Shown piece by piece: positions 29,584 through 40,700 of a stretch of DNA of 61,355 nt; position 1 is the first letter of the stretch; the number at the start of each line of letters is the position of its first letter. The translations under genes and the position numbers were made by a program. The notes beneath the pieces are model-generated. The model worked only from the letters and a program-made list of their open reading frames with translations. It searched no databases and had not been told where the DNA came from. The DNA is from a candidate division WOR-3 bacterium (GTDB lineage: Bacteria > Hydrothermota > Hydrothermia > WGAB01), in assembly GCA_015490555.1 (NCBI GenBank), contig WFXO01000006.1, positions 1 through 61,355 on the forward strand, in the 5' to 3' direction.

Positions 29584-31340
29584 AGGATATGAAAAGGTTT
29601 CCTACGGTACGGCCCGGTAAGGGCTGGATTACAATCCCCGAGATGGTCGAGCGATCCGCGCAAGAATTTTCCAGCGCGGTCGCTCTCAAAATGCGAGATG
29701 GGCAAGGATGGCGAGAATATACGTATTCGGATCTGGGTGAAATTATTCCCAAACTGGCTGCGTTCCTCAAAAGCCAAGGGTTTCAACCCGGTGACCGAGG
29801 GGCTGTACTCGGTGAAAACCGCCCGGAATGGGGACTCTCTTACTTTGCCATCTCCTGGGCCGGCGGGATTGTGGTGCCCTTAGACTCCCGGGCGACCCTC
29901 CATGAATGGCGACATATCAACCTTGACGCGGAATGCAAGGTGATTTTTACAAGCCAGCGTTTCCTACCCGATGTTCTCGAATTTGCCCCTGATGTCCCCT
30001 CCCTCAAAACCATTGTGGTCATGGACCCGCATCCCGAACTCCCGAATATTCCCCAACTAAGCACACAAAATCTGGAGCCTGTTCCTCGCCACCCCTTTGA
30101 CTTAGAGGACCTTGCTCTGATCCTTTACACCTCCGGAACGACCGGTAGTTCGAAGGGGGTCATGCTCACCCACAAAAACATCATGTCCAATGTGGATGCA
30201 GTGTATCAGTGTATCGAGTATGGGGTCGGCGATACCTTCTTCTCTGTATTGCCCATACACCATGTGTTTGAGGGAACCGCGGGTTTCCTTACCCCCTTAT
30301 ACAACGGCGCAACGATTGTGTACGCTCGATCGCTTCGTCCCAGGGAAATCCGGGAAGATATGTTGGCCTCACAACCGACTGTGATGTTGGTGGTTCCCCT
30401 GCTGTTGGAAAAAATCCTGTTAGGAATTTACCGGGAAGTTCGGCATGCACCTGTGATCAAAAAAGGCCTCTTCCACCTTTTGAAGGGAACGAGCAAGGCC
30501 TTGAATCCCATTTTGGGTGGGAAAGCCGCTCACGTACTCTTCAAGAAGGTCCGTGCACAGGCAGGGTTCGGAAACATCCGTTATGTGATCAGTGGTGGGG
30601 CCGCGTTACCGCAATGGGTCGCCAAAGGCATGGAAGAACTGGGCTTCCCGGTTCTTCAAGGATATGGCCTCTCCGAGACAGCACCCGTACTCACGGTAAA
30701 CCCCCCCGATAAACCGAAGAATGCCTCCGTCGGACTTCCCATTCCTCACGTCGAAATTAAGATTGTGGATCCAGGGCCCGATGGGATCGGCGAGATTGCA
30801 GCCAAAGGCCCCAACGTCATGAAGGGCTATTACAAAAATCCTGAAGTGACCAAAGAGGTTTTCACAGAAGATGGTTGGTTCCTGACCGGAGACCTTGGGT
30901 ATATCGATGACGAAGGATACCTTTACATCACCGGCCGAAAGAAGTCTGTGATTGTCACTCGGGGCGGAAAAAATATTTATCCCGAAGAGATCGAAGCCCA
31001 TCTAAGCCAATCGCCCTATATTGCTGAAATTCTCGTGCTCATGGGAATTCACCCCGTATCTAAGGACGAAGAACTCCAAGCGATTGTCTATCCTGATTAC
31101 GATGCACTGGACGCCTACGCCCAAGAGCATGGCAAAGAACTCACGGAAGAAGACATTTACAAAATTATTGAACAGGAAATTGAAAGACTCTCGAAGGATT
31201 TGGCTCCCTACAAACGACCTCGTCGATTCACCATCCGGGAAGAGGAGTTTCCTAAAACAACCACCAGAAAAATCAAACGGTACCTGTTTGAAAAACCTTA
31301 CAAGGAACTCCGCGAGGGCGGAAAGCCTGCCTCTTCGTAA
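29580..31340 (+). CDS. Long-chain fatty acid-CoA ligase (AMP-dependent synthetase)
   Basis: YTSGTTGSSKG, GYGLSET, TGDLG, GRKK, GKNIYPEEIE, KIKR. Confidence 0.92.
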   Translation: MKDMKRFPTVRPGKGWITIPEMVERSAQEFSSAVALKMRDGQGWREYTYSDLGEIIPKLAAFLKSQGFQPGDRGAVLGENRPEWGLSYFAISWAGGIVVPLDSRATLHEWRHINLDAECKVIFTSQRFLPDVLEFAPDVPSLKTIVVMDPHPELPNIPQLSTQNLEPVPRHPFDLEDLALILYTSGTTGSSKGVMLTHKNIMSNVDAVYQCIEYGVGDTFFSVLPIHHVFEGTAGFLTPLYNGATIVYARSLRPREIREDMLASQPTVMLVVPLLLEKILLGIYREVRHAPVIKKGLFHLLKGTSKALNPILGGKAAHVLFKKVRAQAGFGNIRYVISGGAALPQWVAKGMEELGFPVLQGYGLSETAPVLTVNPPDKPKNASVGLPIPHVEIKIVDPGPDGIGEIAAKGPNVMKGYYKNPEVTKEVFTEDGWFLTGDLGYIDDEGYLYITGRKKSVIVTRGGKNIYPEEIEAHLSQSPYIAEILVLMGIHPVSKDEELQAIVYPDYDALDAYAQEHGKELTEEDIYKIIEQEIERLSKDLAPYKRPRRFTIREEEFPKTTTRKIKRYLFEKPYKELREGGKPASS

Positions 31341-31384
31341 AAGTTCAGGAACTCTGTAAACGTTGAGTGTGTAAGTTTTTTATC

Positions 31385-31413
31385 TTGATCCGCGGGATCG
31401 GCTCGTGTACATT
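31385..31413 (+). promoter_or_regulatory. Putative promoter, leaderless spacing
   Basis: TTGATC-17 bp-TACATT, 6 nt before ATG 31420, no SD. Confidence 0.55.
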
Positions 31414-31419
31414 TAGAAC

Positions 31420-32985
31420 ATGTACCTCCTCCTTCTTGTCACGGCCCTCTTGGGCAATACTTTGATTTTGGGAGAGCAAGCTTTATGGTCTGATGCTCTT
31501 CCGTGGGTAAGTACCGTGGTCTTTTTGGACTACGATCTGGATGGGGATCTGGATCTTTTCTTGGGATCGGAGGAGGTGAACCAGTCCCAATTCTTGGAGA
31601 ACACAGGGGATTTCACCTTTCTCGATGCCACAGAAGGCATTGGCCTGGATCTCTCGTCAGGAATCTTATGGGCCATTCCAGTCGACTGGGATCAAGACGG
31701 TGCCTCGGATCTGGCCCTTGTGGAGACTTACGATGATCGCACGCTCAAAGTTTACAAAAATCAGGGTGGGACCTTCACTCCCTATCTTGCACTCCCCCTT
31801 CCTGCACCCCCTACCGGGTCCCCGCTCCTTTATGACTATGATCAGGACGGTACCCCTGATCTCTTTCTACCCTGTAAAACGGGTCTGTTTCTCCTTACCC
31901 ACTTGGGGACCCCTGATCTCCATTGGACACCGCTCCTGAAGGATATCCGTCCCCAGGAACTCCTCATCTTTGATGCAGGCCGCGATGATACTTTAGATCT
32001 CCTGATCCGCACCCCAACGGAATGGCTTTTGTGGAAAGACTTTGAACGGGAGGGACCCGTTACTCAGGTGGCCCCTTCGACATCCATGCTTTTCCCGTTA
32101 TCCATCACCCCCGACTCACAAACGGACTATCTTTCTTTAGACGCCACAGGAAATCTCTCGCTGGTGTCGATCCACACCTCCCCCCAGTGGATCGGAACGC
32201 TCTCCCCATCCGGGAACACCATTCTCAAACTGTCACCTCTTTATATGCAACAAGGGGCTGTGGTTGCACTTGCACTTACCAGTAGTGGGACCCTCTCTGA
32301 AGTCAAACTTTCTGACTTTACATGGACTTCCCAACCACTCCTTCAGAATATCCAGGATTTCAAGGTTGTCTCTCTGGCCAAGGACCCTCCCTTACAAATC
32401 CTGGTCCTTCGCAGTGACAGTGTATTTCTCTATCCCTTGAGGGTTCCGTCCTTGCTTCGATTCGGTCCTGCGGACTCTGTGAACGAGCGACTGTGTCTTC
32501 TCAGCCAATTCCGGGTGTACATCGGTCCTTGGACGGCCTATTACCGCCCCGTATTTTCTACTCAGAGCATTTTTTACACCTGGTGGGCTTCCTTGGTGCC
32601 GGACTCCATTGTCGCCTATTGGGGGACGGGGTCCAAAGTCACATCCTCGGTCTCTACCCTTGTGGACAGTGTGTTCCCGATTCCTCTGGCGCCAACCGAG
32701 GAATACTCTTCTCCATCGGAGCCCATCCTCAATCTATTGGAAATTTATCCGAATCCCGCGACTCAGTACGCGCAAATTCGCTATGTGATTCCTGAGGCGA
32801 GCCTTGTAGAACTGACCCTTAACACATTGACAGGGCAACAACTTCGTGTTCTTGAAAGGGCAGTGAAGGCTCCCGGGACCTATACCCTCACATTGGATCT
32901 TCAAGACCTCCCGCCTGGACATTACCTCGTCAATCTTCGGTTGAACGGCGAAACTCATCAGAATAAACTCATCGTCCTGCGTTGA
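31420..32985 (+). CDS. Secreted FG-GAP/VCBS-repeat protein with T9SS-type C-terminal sorting domain
   Basis: Signal peptide; DYDLDGDLDL, DWDQDGASDL, DYDQDGTPDL repeats; IYPNP...G.Y...KLIVLR C-terminus. Confidence 0.85.
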   Translation: MYLLLLVTALLGNTLILGEQALWSDALPWVSTVVFLDYDLDGDLDLFLGSEEVNQSQFLENTGDFTFLDATEGIGLDLSSGILWAIPVDWDQDGASDLALVETYDDRTLKVYKNQGGTFTPYLALPLPAPPTGSPLLYDYDQDGTPDLFLPCKTGLFLLTHLGTPDLHWTPLLKDIRPQELLIFDAGRDDTLDLLIRTPTEWLLWKDFEREGPVTQVAPSTSMLFPLSITPDSQTDYLSLDATGNLSLVSIHTSPQWIGTLSPSGNTILKLSPLYMQQGAVVALALTSSGTLSEVKLSDFTWTSQPLLQNIQDFKVVSLAKDPPLQILVLRSDSVFLYPLRVPSLLRFGPADSVNERLCLLSQFRVYIGPWTAYYRPVFSTQSIFYTWWASLVPDSIVAYWGTGSKVTSSVSTLVDSVFPIPLAPTEEYSSPSEPILNLLEIYPNPATQYAQIRYVIPEASLVELTLNTLTGQQLRVLERAVKAPGTYTLTLDLQDLPPGHYLVNLRLNGETHQNKLIVLR

Positions 32986-32986
32986 G

Positions 32987-34399
32987 ATGGACTTCGTCGA
33001 GATCCTCCGTGACAGGGTTCCCCCTGTCTTTTTCCAGGATCACATCTATGTGGTGGGAGGGACTGTCCGAGATTTTCTTCTCAACAAGCCGATCCGAGAT
33101 ATTGACTTGGTGATCGTCGGACGGGCTCGAACGTTCCTCCAACGACACCGCGTCCCAGGTCGAGTTATCCCTTTGAAACCCGAAAATGATGAGTTCCGGA
33201 TTGTCCTCCCAAACGGGACCTGGATCGACTTCACGGGGATCCGTGGTCCCGATCTCATCACAGATCTTGAGGAAAGGGATTTTACCATCAATAGCATCGC
33301 CGTTTCCATCGATGGGCGATTCTGGTTTGACCCTACCCACGGAAAACAGGATCTCCAAGCACGAACGCTGCGAACATTCCGCATGCGAAACCTTCGAGCG
33401 GATCCTTTACGACTACTCCGAGCATTCCGGTTTCAAGCCCAACTCGGGTTTTCCATCGAACACCGCACTCAGCAGTGGATTTCACGACTCTCCTCACGGC
33501 TCTCCGAGGCTGCCCCTGAACGCATCCATTACGAACTGATCGAACTCTTCTCGGGCCATGATGTCAGTCTTGCGTTGAAAAATATGCGAACGATGGGGCT
33601 TTTGGAGGTCATCTTCCCTGAACTTCGAGCCATGGCCATTACGGATCAGCGATATGAAACCGCTCAGAATCTCCTCGACCACACCCTCCATGTCGTAGAA
33701 CTTTTAGAAGGGTTCCTTCACAACCTGGAGGCATCTCCACTTTCCTTCGCGGCCGCAGAGATTGCCCAGACCATGGAGCAAGATCACCACCAGGCTCTCC
33801 TCCTGATGGCAGCTCTGTTCCACGACATTGGGAAACCCCCAACAAGATCCGTTGAGCCCAATGGACGAACGAGATTTCACGGACACGAACGTGTCGGTGC
33901 AGAGATGGTCGAAGCACTGTGCAAACGCCTGAGATTCTCCAATACGGAGATCCGCACACTCACCTTTCTGGTCCGACATCACATGTATCCGCATCACCTG
34001 GCATGGGACGAACACATGACGGATCGTGCGGTTGCCCGATATCTTCGAAGAATGGGAGAGTGGGCATTTCCTTTGATCCTCCTTGCGATCGCCGATGCCC
34101 TGGCCTCGCCTCCTGAACTCATCGGCATCGATCGGCATGTTCTCCTGGCAAAGCGCCTAAAAGACCTAAAAGAACGACAGGCCCAGCAAGGCCCCAAACG
34201 GATTCTTACGGGACACGATCTTCAAGCCCTCGGCATCCCACCGGGTCCGATCTATCGAAAGATCTTGGAGACCATTCAGGATGAGTACGTGGCCGGATCC
34301 ATCCGAACCAAAGAGCAGGCTCTTCAGCGTGCGAAAGAACTGTGGAATCCCCTCGTCGTTCAATCCACTGAAAAGAATCGCACCCCCTCCAAGAACTGA
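32987..34399 (+). CDS. Class II tRNA nucleotidyltransferase with HD domain (probable CC-adding type)
   Basis: VGG.VRD, DID, RDFTINS, DPLR.LR..RF, ERI..EL, HT...HDIGK HD domain; short catalytic-domain loop. Confidence 0.88.
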   Translation: MDFVEILRDRVPPVFFQDHIYVVGGTVRDFLLNKPIRDIDLVIVGRARTFLQRHRVPGRVIPLKPENDEFRIVLPNGTWIDFTGIRGPDLITDLEERDFTINSIAVSIDGRFWFDPTHGKQDLQARTLRTFRMRNLRADPLRLLRAFRFQAQLGFSIEHRTQQWISRLSSRLSEAAPERIHYELIELFSGHDVSLALKNMRTMGLLEVIFPELRAMAITDQRYETAQNLLDHTLHVVELLEGFLHNLEASPLSFAAAEIAQTMEQDHHQALLLMAALFHDIGKPPTRSVEPNGRTRFHGHERVGAEMVEALCKRLRFSNTEIRTLTFLVRHHMYPHHLAWDEHMTDRAVARYLRRMGEWAFPLILLAIADALASPPELIGIDRHVLLAKRLKDLKERQAQQGPKRILTGHDLQALGIPPGPIYRKILETIQDEYVAGSIRTKEQALQRAKELWNPLVVQSTEKNRTPSKN

Positions 34400-34410
34400 A
34401 ATCCTTAGTA

Positions 34411-35916
34411 TTACTTCGCCGGTCGAACCGCGACGAAGATCGTGATTTGCCCTCGTTTGAGTTTGAAAATCACCGGTTTTTTCGACCCTTCGAACTTCTT
34501 CTTGGCCTCTTTGAAATCTGCCAGCCCTTTGATCTCGAAATCTTGGACCTTGAGAATCACGTCCCCTTTCTGGATCCCGGCATCGGATGCTTTCCCTTCG
34601 GGATCCACTTTGAGTACGACCACGCCTTCTCTCTCTTCGATCCCAAGGGCCTGTGCCTCTTCCGAACGGACATCTGCAACCTCCATCCCCAGCCACTCCA
34701 CTTTCCCCGGTTCGTAACTCTCTTCTTCTTTTCCGGGGCCTGCTTCGCTGATCTCCGTCGGGAATTCTGTTAAGGTCGCCTCGAGGATTTTCTCCGTCCC
34801 ATCAGGCTTCCTGACCTTCATGGTCACTTTCGTCCCAGGGGCGAGGTCTGCCACCATGATCCTGAACTTCTGGACATTCGGGACCGGTTTGCCATTAAAT
34901 TCGAGAATCAAATCCCCTTCTTCCAGCCCGGCTTCTTCCGCGGGTGTCCCGGGTAACACTTCTGCAACCAGGACCCCGGTGGGTTCTTCCAGGCCGTAAG
35001 CCTCAGCCAGATCTGCATCGACATCCTGCGGTCGGATCCCGAGGTACCCTCGGACCACCCGGCCTTTTTCAATCAACTGGTCCACTACATGCTTCGCCAA
35101 GTTAATCGGGATCGCAAATCCTATCCCGACGAAACCGCCTGAAGGGGTGGTAATCGCTGCGTTAATGCCAATCACTTCCCCTCGAATATTCACCAAAGGG
35201 CCGCCGGAGTTGCCGAAATTGATCGCTGCATCGGTCTGGATGAAATCTTGATACGACGGGCCTTCCGGCAAGGCCAATCCAGAGCGTCCCTTTGCGCTTA
35301 CGACCCCGACCGTCACGGTCCGCTCCAATCCAAATGGATTCCCAATCGCAATCACCCAATCACCGACTTGAATGCTATCCGAGTCTCCCAAGGGCGCAAC
35401 GGGCAATTCCTCTTTACTTTTGATTTTCAATACCGCGATATCCGTGCGGGGATCTTTCCCGACAACCGTCACATCCTCACCCCGATATTCCTTCTTGTTG
35501 GAAAGTTTCACGATGATTCGATCGGCATCCTTGATCACATGGTTGTTTGTCAAGATGTAGTAAAAGTCCCCATCCCGGCGGAAGATAAATCCAGATCCCA
35601 GACTGGTGCTCTTTTGAGGTTCCTCGGGAATCCCCTTGAAGAATTCCCGGAAAAACTCTTCGAAGGGCCCTTTAAACTCGGGGATTGGAGGATGTTTCAC
35701 CATGTGCTCTGCCGAAATGTTGACGACAGCCGGTTGAACCATGTGAATCGCTTTCGCAAATGGCCGTTCCGGTGTACTTTGAATCACGGCGGGGGCTTCC
35801 GGAGCACTGGGCTCTTGGGCCTCAGACCGGGTATGCAAATTCAAACTTGAGGTAAACAAAACACCCACAATGATCCCAGCAACAAGGGACTGAATGGCAA
35901 TGATCCATCGTTTCAT
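34411..35916 (-). CDS. degP: HtrA/DegP serine protease with two PDZ domains
   Basis: Catalytic triad TNNHV, TDIAV, GNSGG; IGFAIP; two PDZ domains. Confidence 0.93.
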   Translation of the reverse strand: MKRWIIAIQSLVAGIIVGVLFTSSLNLHTRSEAQEPSAPEAPAVIQSTPERPFAKAIHMVQPAVVNISAEHMVKHPPIPEFKGPFEEFFREFFKGIPEEPQKSTSLGSGFIFRRDGDFYYILTNNHVIKDADRIIVKLSNKKEYRGEDVTVVGKDPRTDIAVLKIKSKEELPVAPLGDSDSIQVGDWVIAIGNPFGLERTVTVGVVSAKGRSGLALPEGPSYQDFIQTDAAINFGNSGGPLVNIRGEVIGINAAITTPSGGFVGIGFAIPINLAKHVVDQLIEKGRVVRGYLGIRPQDVDADLAEAYGLEEPTGVLVAEVLPGTPAEEAGLEEGDLILEFNGKPVPNVQKFRIMVADLAPGTKVTMKVRKPDGTEKILEATLTEFPTEISEAGPGKEEESYEPGKVEWLGMEVADVRSEEAQALGIEEREGVVVLKVDPEGKASDAGIQKGDVILKVQDFEIKGLADFKEAKKKFEGSKKPVIFKLKRGQITIFVAVRPAK

Positions 35917-35941
35917 TTCTCGTCACCTCCTCAAATTTTCT

Positions 35942-38206
35942 TTAAAAGGATGTCCCAAACTGAATATGGGGCATCCATTGTTTCCGAGCCAACCCATAGG
36001 CCAGATCGAGCCCAATCACTCCAACCATTGGGACCTCCATCCGGATCCCGATCCCCACCCCTTTCTTTGTGTTCCAGAGGTTGATCATCCCAGAGTGTTC
36101 CCAGGCATCACCGATGTCTACAAAGGCCAGCACGTACATCTGTTCGGAAACTCGATAGCGCTCTTCCACGGTGAAGATCCCATACACCCGTCCTCCAATG
36201 TTCTGTCCGTTTCGCCTCGGTCCCACACTCCGGAACGGATATCCTCGCAGTCCATAGGGACCGATATCCCCAAGATAGAACCGCTCGTAGAAGGGAACAT
36301 CTTCTCGTTGATACAGGCCACCGATATAGCCTCCCTTCAGGGAAACCACAGTGATCCATTTTTCCAGAGGCCAATACTGAGCGACCTCAAACTCCGGTTT
36401 GAGGTAGTGGACAGTTCCCCATAAGGGGCCTCCAGCCAATTCCAACGTCAGTCCGACCCGCCGCCCTTCGGTGGCGTTGAAAATCCGGTTCCGTGAATCA
36501 TAGAGGATCCGGGTGGTTACAGCAGAGGTCCACAGTGGGCTTCGTTCTTGCCAGAACCGGAACTCAGGCAAGTTTGAGAGCCCTTCTGCCAAGTCATAGA
36601 GTTCGATCCGTTCCAACCGATAGGTTGTTGTTAACTGCCAATAGTCATTCCAGAGACGGCGAGAATAGGTCAGGGCTCCCCCTTGGCGTCGGGTAGTGTA
36701 GTCCGTGAGGTAGGTAGAAACGTCGTAAATTTCTGCCCCTAAGGAATGACGTTGACCAAAGAGATACGGCTCCGTGAAGCCGAACTGAAAGTTTCGGCGT
36801 TTTGACCCGTATTCCAAGAGCAGATTCAGCCTCTGTCCTCGACCCAGGAAATTTGGGTTCTGCAATTGTACGTAGAGAGAAGGACCGTAAGTTGCTGAAT
36901 AAGACCCCCCGAGCCCCATCTGACCCGTCGGTTTCTCTTTCACCCGGAAGACCAGGTCAATGTACCCAGAGTCCTCTGTCGGAACAAAATCGAGGTTCAC
37001 ACTCTCAAAGTAGTTCAGGAAATAGAGATCGCGCTGACTCTTGATGGCCAAGGTCCGGGAAAAATACTTACCCGGAACCAGATCAATTTCTCGCCGAATT
37101 ACACTCTCATAGGTTTTGGTGTTTCCCACAATCTCAATTTTCCGGACTTTGACCCGGATCCCCTCCTGGATATGGAACACCACGTCAATCACCGAGTCCG
37201 AGACGAGCCGTTCTTCTGGCTGGATATTCACATAAATGTACCCCGAATCTCCATAAAGCCCTGCGATCGTGGCCACGGCCTCGTCAATTCGACTCTTTCT
37301 GTAAACCCCTGGGGTGTAATAACTCTTACCCAACACAGCCTTCAGGCGTTCCACCAAGGGGGGCCGATCCCGCTGAAGATCCACATAGGCTCGCAGTAGG
37401 GAATCGGAAAACACCTCGTTCCCTTCAAACTCTGTACGGCCGAACCAATACCGTTTTCCTTCGGTCAAATAAACCGTGATGTAAAGGCCATCCTCACGGT
37501 AATCCAAACGGGTGGAGTCGATCGTCGCGTTGGGGAATCCGTGTTCCCGATAAAAGTCTAAAATCTTGTCCAGATCGTCGGGCCAGGCATCCGGCAGAAA
37601 CCGAGCCTTCCGATACCACCTCTTTTCCCGGTTTTTCATCAAGACTTCCAGGGCCTCATCCGGATAGTGTTGATTCCCCACGATCTCAATATTTCGGATG
37701 ATATACGAGGAGCCTTCCTGGATGTGAAAGGTGAGATCGGCGTAGCCCAGAGAGTCTGGCGGAGCAATCTCGGGTCGAACCTGAACTTTCAGAAATCCTT
37801 TTTCCTGATACACCCCTTCAATCGTTCGTGTCCAATAGAACAAACTGCGTTTTGAAAGGGGGGTCCCCCTTCGAATCATCAAGGTGTCCTGGAGGAATTT
37901 GGTTTTGACTTTTTCATTGCCATCAAAAATGACCCGATTCACACGGGGATTCTCTGTTACCGTGAGAATCACGTTTGCTTGGTTATTGTGGAATTCAACC
38001 TCTATGGAGAGATCGTCAAAGAGCCACGATTTATACAGCCGCCGGAGTCCATTCCGGATGTCTTCCATACGGTAAGTTTGCCCCTCTCGGACGCCGAATC
38101 GGGCGAGGACACCCTCCGCATGGTACCATTTCAGTCCACGGACCTCAATCCGTTGGACTGTAAATATCGGAGTTACCTGGATGAGCAATAAAAGCCAAAC
38201 GGTCAT
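35942..38206 (-). CDS. bamA: Outer-membrane protein assembly factor BamA
   Basis: POTRA repeats (GN.KT...VIRRE), LRGY motif, terminal Phe. Confidence 0.93.
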   Translation of the reverse strand: MTVWLLLLIQVTPIFTVQRIEVRGLKWYHAEGVLARFGVREGQTYRMEDIRNGLRRLYKSWLFDDLSIEVEFHNNQANVILTVTENPRVNRVIFDGNEKVKTKFLQDTLMIRRGTPLSKRSLFYWTRTIEGVYQEKGFLKVQVRPEIAPPDSLGYADLTFHIQEGSSYIIRNIEIVGNQHYPDEALEVLMKNREKRWYRKARFLPDAWPDDLDKILDFYREHGFPNATIDSTRLDYREDGLYITVYLTEGKRYWFGRTEFEGNEVFSDSLLRAYVDLQRDRPPLVERLKAVLGKSYYTPGVYRKSRIDEAVATIAGLYGDSGYIYVNIQPEERLVSDSVIDVVFHIQEGIRVKVRKIEIVGNTKTYESVIRREIDLVPGKYFSRTLAIKSQRDLYFLNYFESVNLDFVPTEDSGYIDLVFRVKEKPTGQMGLGGSYSATYGPSLYVQLQNPNFLGRGQRLNLLLEYGSKRRNFQFGFTEPYLFGQRHSLGAEIYDVSTYLTDYTTRRQGGALTYSRRLWNDYWQLTTTYRLERIELYDLAEGLSNLPEFRFWQERSPLWTSAVTTRILYDSRNRIFNATEGRRVGLTLELAGGPLWGTVHYLKPEFEVAQYWPLEKWITVVSLKGGYIGGLYQREDVPFYERFYLGDIGPYGLRGYPFRSVGPRRNGQNIGGRVYGIFTVEERYRVSEQMYVLAFVDIGDAWEHSGMINLWNTKKGVGIGIRMEVPMVGVIGLDLAYGLARKQWMPHIQFGTSF

Positions 38207-38246
38207 CTGGTTTTGAGATCACTCCTTTCAAAAGAGAGGGCCCGCG

Positions 38247-40697
38247 TTATAGTCCCCCTGTGGTTTCCGCCAAGAGACCTTCAATATGGAACTTCAATGC
38301 ATCGCCGAACACATCGGCGACCACAGCGCTCCCCTCTCGGATTTCGCCTTTCAAAATGGCTTCCGAAAGGGGTTCTTCGATGTATTTCCGAATCACCCGG
38401 CGCAGGGGACGCGCCCCAAACTCGGGATCATAGCCCTTCTCCGCTAAGAACTTCCGCGCGTCGTCCGTCAGTCGAATGGTGATATTCTTTTCCGACAAGC
38501 GTTCTTGCACGCGCTTCATCATAATGTCCACGATCTGGACCATATCTTTGAGGTCTAAGGGACGGAAGATGATGACTTCATCAATTCGGTTCAGGAACTC
38601 TGGTGGCACAATTTTCTTCAATTCTGCCCGCAGGGTCTCCTGGAGTTCCTGGAAGTCCAATTCACTCGAACCCGTCTTAAAGCCCATGGACTTGGATGCT
38701 CGGATGTTCCGGGTCCCGATGTTGGATGTCAAAATGATCACCGTATTCCGGAAACTGACCCGACGGCCAAAGGAATCGGTCAAAACCCCCTCTTCTAAGA
38801 TTTGTAGAAGCAGGTGGAACACATCGGGATGGGCCTTTTCAAACTCATCAAAGAGCACCACCGAATAGGGGTTTCTCCGGACCCGTTCTGTGAGTTGTCC
38901 GCCTTCTTCATAGCCCACATACCCGGGGGGTGCCCCAATGAGTTTGGAGACATTAAAGCGTTCCATGTACTCCGACATGTCGAGTTCAATCAGCGCATCC
39001 TCATCGCCAAAGAGGAACTCAGCCAAGGCTTTGGCGGTTTCCGTCTTTCCAACACCGGTGGGACCCAGGAAGATGAAGGAGCCAATGGGGCGTCGAGGAT
39101 CTTTGATCCCCGCACGAGAACGGCGAATCGCACGGGCCAAGGCGGAAATGGCCTCTTGCTGCCCAACCACCCGCTTCATCAATGCCTCTTCCATGTGGAT
39201 GAGTTTCTCTTGCTCTTTCTCACTGATCTTGAGAAGCGGGATTCCGGTCCACCGGCTGACCACTTCGGCTACATGCTCCGCGGTCACTTGTAAGGCCTCG
39301 GACTCGGAGAGTAACCGACGCTTGCGTTCCGCGATCCGCTTCTCCAGGGATCGCTCCCGATCCCGCAACTGGGCTGCGCGCTCGAACTGTTGATTCTCCA
39401 CCGCTTGAGCCTTGAGGCGCTTGATGTGTTCTAACTCTTCCTTGAGGCGCTCCAGTACTTCATCCGTGGCCGCCGAGGAAAGTTTTACCTTTGCCCCTGC
39501 TTCGTCTAAGACATCGATTGCCTTGTCCGGTAACTGACGATCCTGAATGTATCGATCCGAAAGCTTTGCGGCAGCTTCTATCGCCTCGTCGGTATACACA
39601 ACGCCGTGGAAATGCTCATACTTCGATTTCAGGCCTCGCAGGATTTCAATGGTTTCTTGCACCGTCGGCGGCTCCACAATGATCGGCTGGAACCGACGTT
39701 CAAGAGCCCCATCCTTTTCAATGTATTTCCGGTATTCTTCCAAGGTCGTTGCCCCGATGACCCGGATGAGGCCTCGGGCCAGGGCGGGCTTCAAGATATT
39801 GGAGGCATCAATCGCCCCTTCCGCGGCTCCGGCTCCGACCACCGTATGGACCTCGTCAATAAACAGAATCACATCCGGAGCGCGTGAGGCCTCGTTCACG
39901 ATGGCTTTTAAACGTTCCTCAAACTGCCCGCGATATTTCGTCCCAGCAACAATGGCCGCCAAGTCCAGGGCCAAGATCCGCTTGTCTAACAGAACATCCG
40001 GGACTTTCCCCTGAACGATTTTCTGTGCCAGACCTTCAACGATGGCTGTTTTCCCGACACCGGGTTCCCCGATTAAGACGGGGTTGTTCTTCTTTCGGCG
40101 TGAGAGGATCTCGATCATCCGCTCGATCTCTTTCTCACGCCCGATCACGGGGTCCAGTTTCCCCTCCCGTGCCAACTGCGTTAAATCAATGGAGAAGTTA
40201 TCCAGCGTACGGGTCTGAGATTTCTGCTGACCCCGGCCACCGGGTTGCCCCGTTTGCTGGCCGATGGTCTTCATGACCTCTTCCGCGACGACCTCCAAAT
40301 CGATTCCCAATCCCACAAGGATCTGGGCCGCCACGCCTTTTCGTTCACGAAGGAGACCGAGCAATAAGTGCTCTGTCCCGATGTAGTTATGGCCCAGTTT
40401 CCGTGCCTCCTCCATAGCGAAGTGGAGAGAACGGCGCGCACTGGGATTCAGGGGTAACTCGGTCATGGGGACAGGATGTTTCCCAGGGGGGACCATATCC
40501 TCCACAGCCTGTCGGAGCATATTGAGTTCCAGGCCCAGGTTGGAAAGGACCATTGCGGCCATCCCCTCTCCAATGCGAGCCAGGCCCAAGAGAAGGTGCT
40601 CTGTGCCAATGAAGTTATGCATCAAACGAAGGGCCTCTTCCCGGGCCAAATAAAGGACTCGCTTGGCTCGCTCGGTGAAACGTTCGCTGTAGTACAC
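38247..40697 (-). CDS. clpC: ATP-dependent Clp protease ATPase ClpC
   Basis: Clp-N repeats (GTEHLLLGL x2), two AAA+ modules ([16 protein letters not shown]), UVR domain, MGF ClpP-binding loop; GTG start. Confidence 0.95.
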   Translation of the reverse strand: MYYSERFTERAKRVLYLAREEALRLMHNFIGTEHLLLGLARIGEGMAAMVLSNLGLELNMLRQAVEDMVPPGKHPVPMTELPLNPSARRSLHFAMEEARKLGHNYIGTEHLLLGLLRERKGVAAQILVGLGIDLEVVAEEVMKTIGQQTGQPGGRGQQKSQTRTLDNFSIDLTQLAREGKLDPVIGREKEIERMIEILSRRKKNNPVLIGEPGVGKTAIVEGLAQKIVQGKVPDVLLDKRILALDLAAIVAGTKYRGQFEERLKAIVNEASRAPDVILFIDEVHTVVGAGAAEGAIDASNILKPALARGLIRVIGATTLEEYRKYIEKDGALERRFQPIIVEPPTVQETIEILRGLKSKYEHFHGVVYTDEAIEAAAKLSDRYIQDRQLPDKAIDVLDEAGAKVKLSSAATDEVLERLKEELEHIKRLKAQAVENQQFERAAQLRDRERSLEKRIAERKRRLLSESEALQVTAEHVAEVVSRWTGIPLLKISEKEQEKLIHMEEALMKRVVGQQEAISALARAIRRSRAGIKDPRRPIGSFIFLGPTGVGKTETAKALAEFLFGDEDALIELDMSEYMERFNVSKLIGAPPGYVGYEEGGQLTERVRRNPYSVVLFDEFEKAHPDVFHLLLQILEEGVLTDSFGRRVSFRNTVIILTSNIGTRNIRASKSMGFKTGSSELDFQELQETLRAELKKIVPPEFLNRIDEVIIFRPLDLKDMVQIVDIMMKRVQERLSEKNITIRLTDDARKFLAEKGYDPEFGARPLRRVIRKYIEEPLSEAILKGEIREGSAVVADVFGDALKFHIEGLLAETTGGL

Positions 40698-40700
40698 GGT

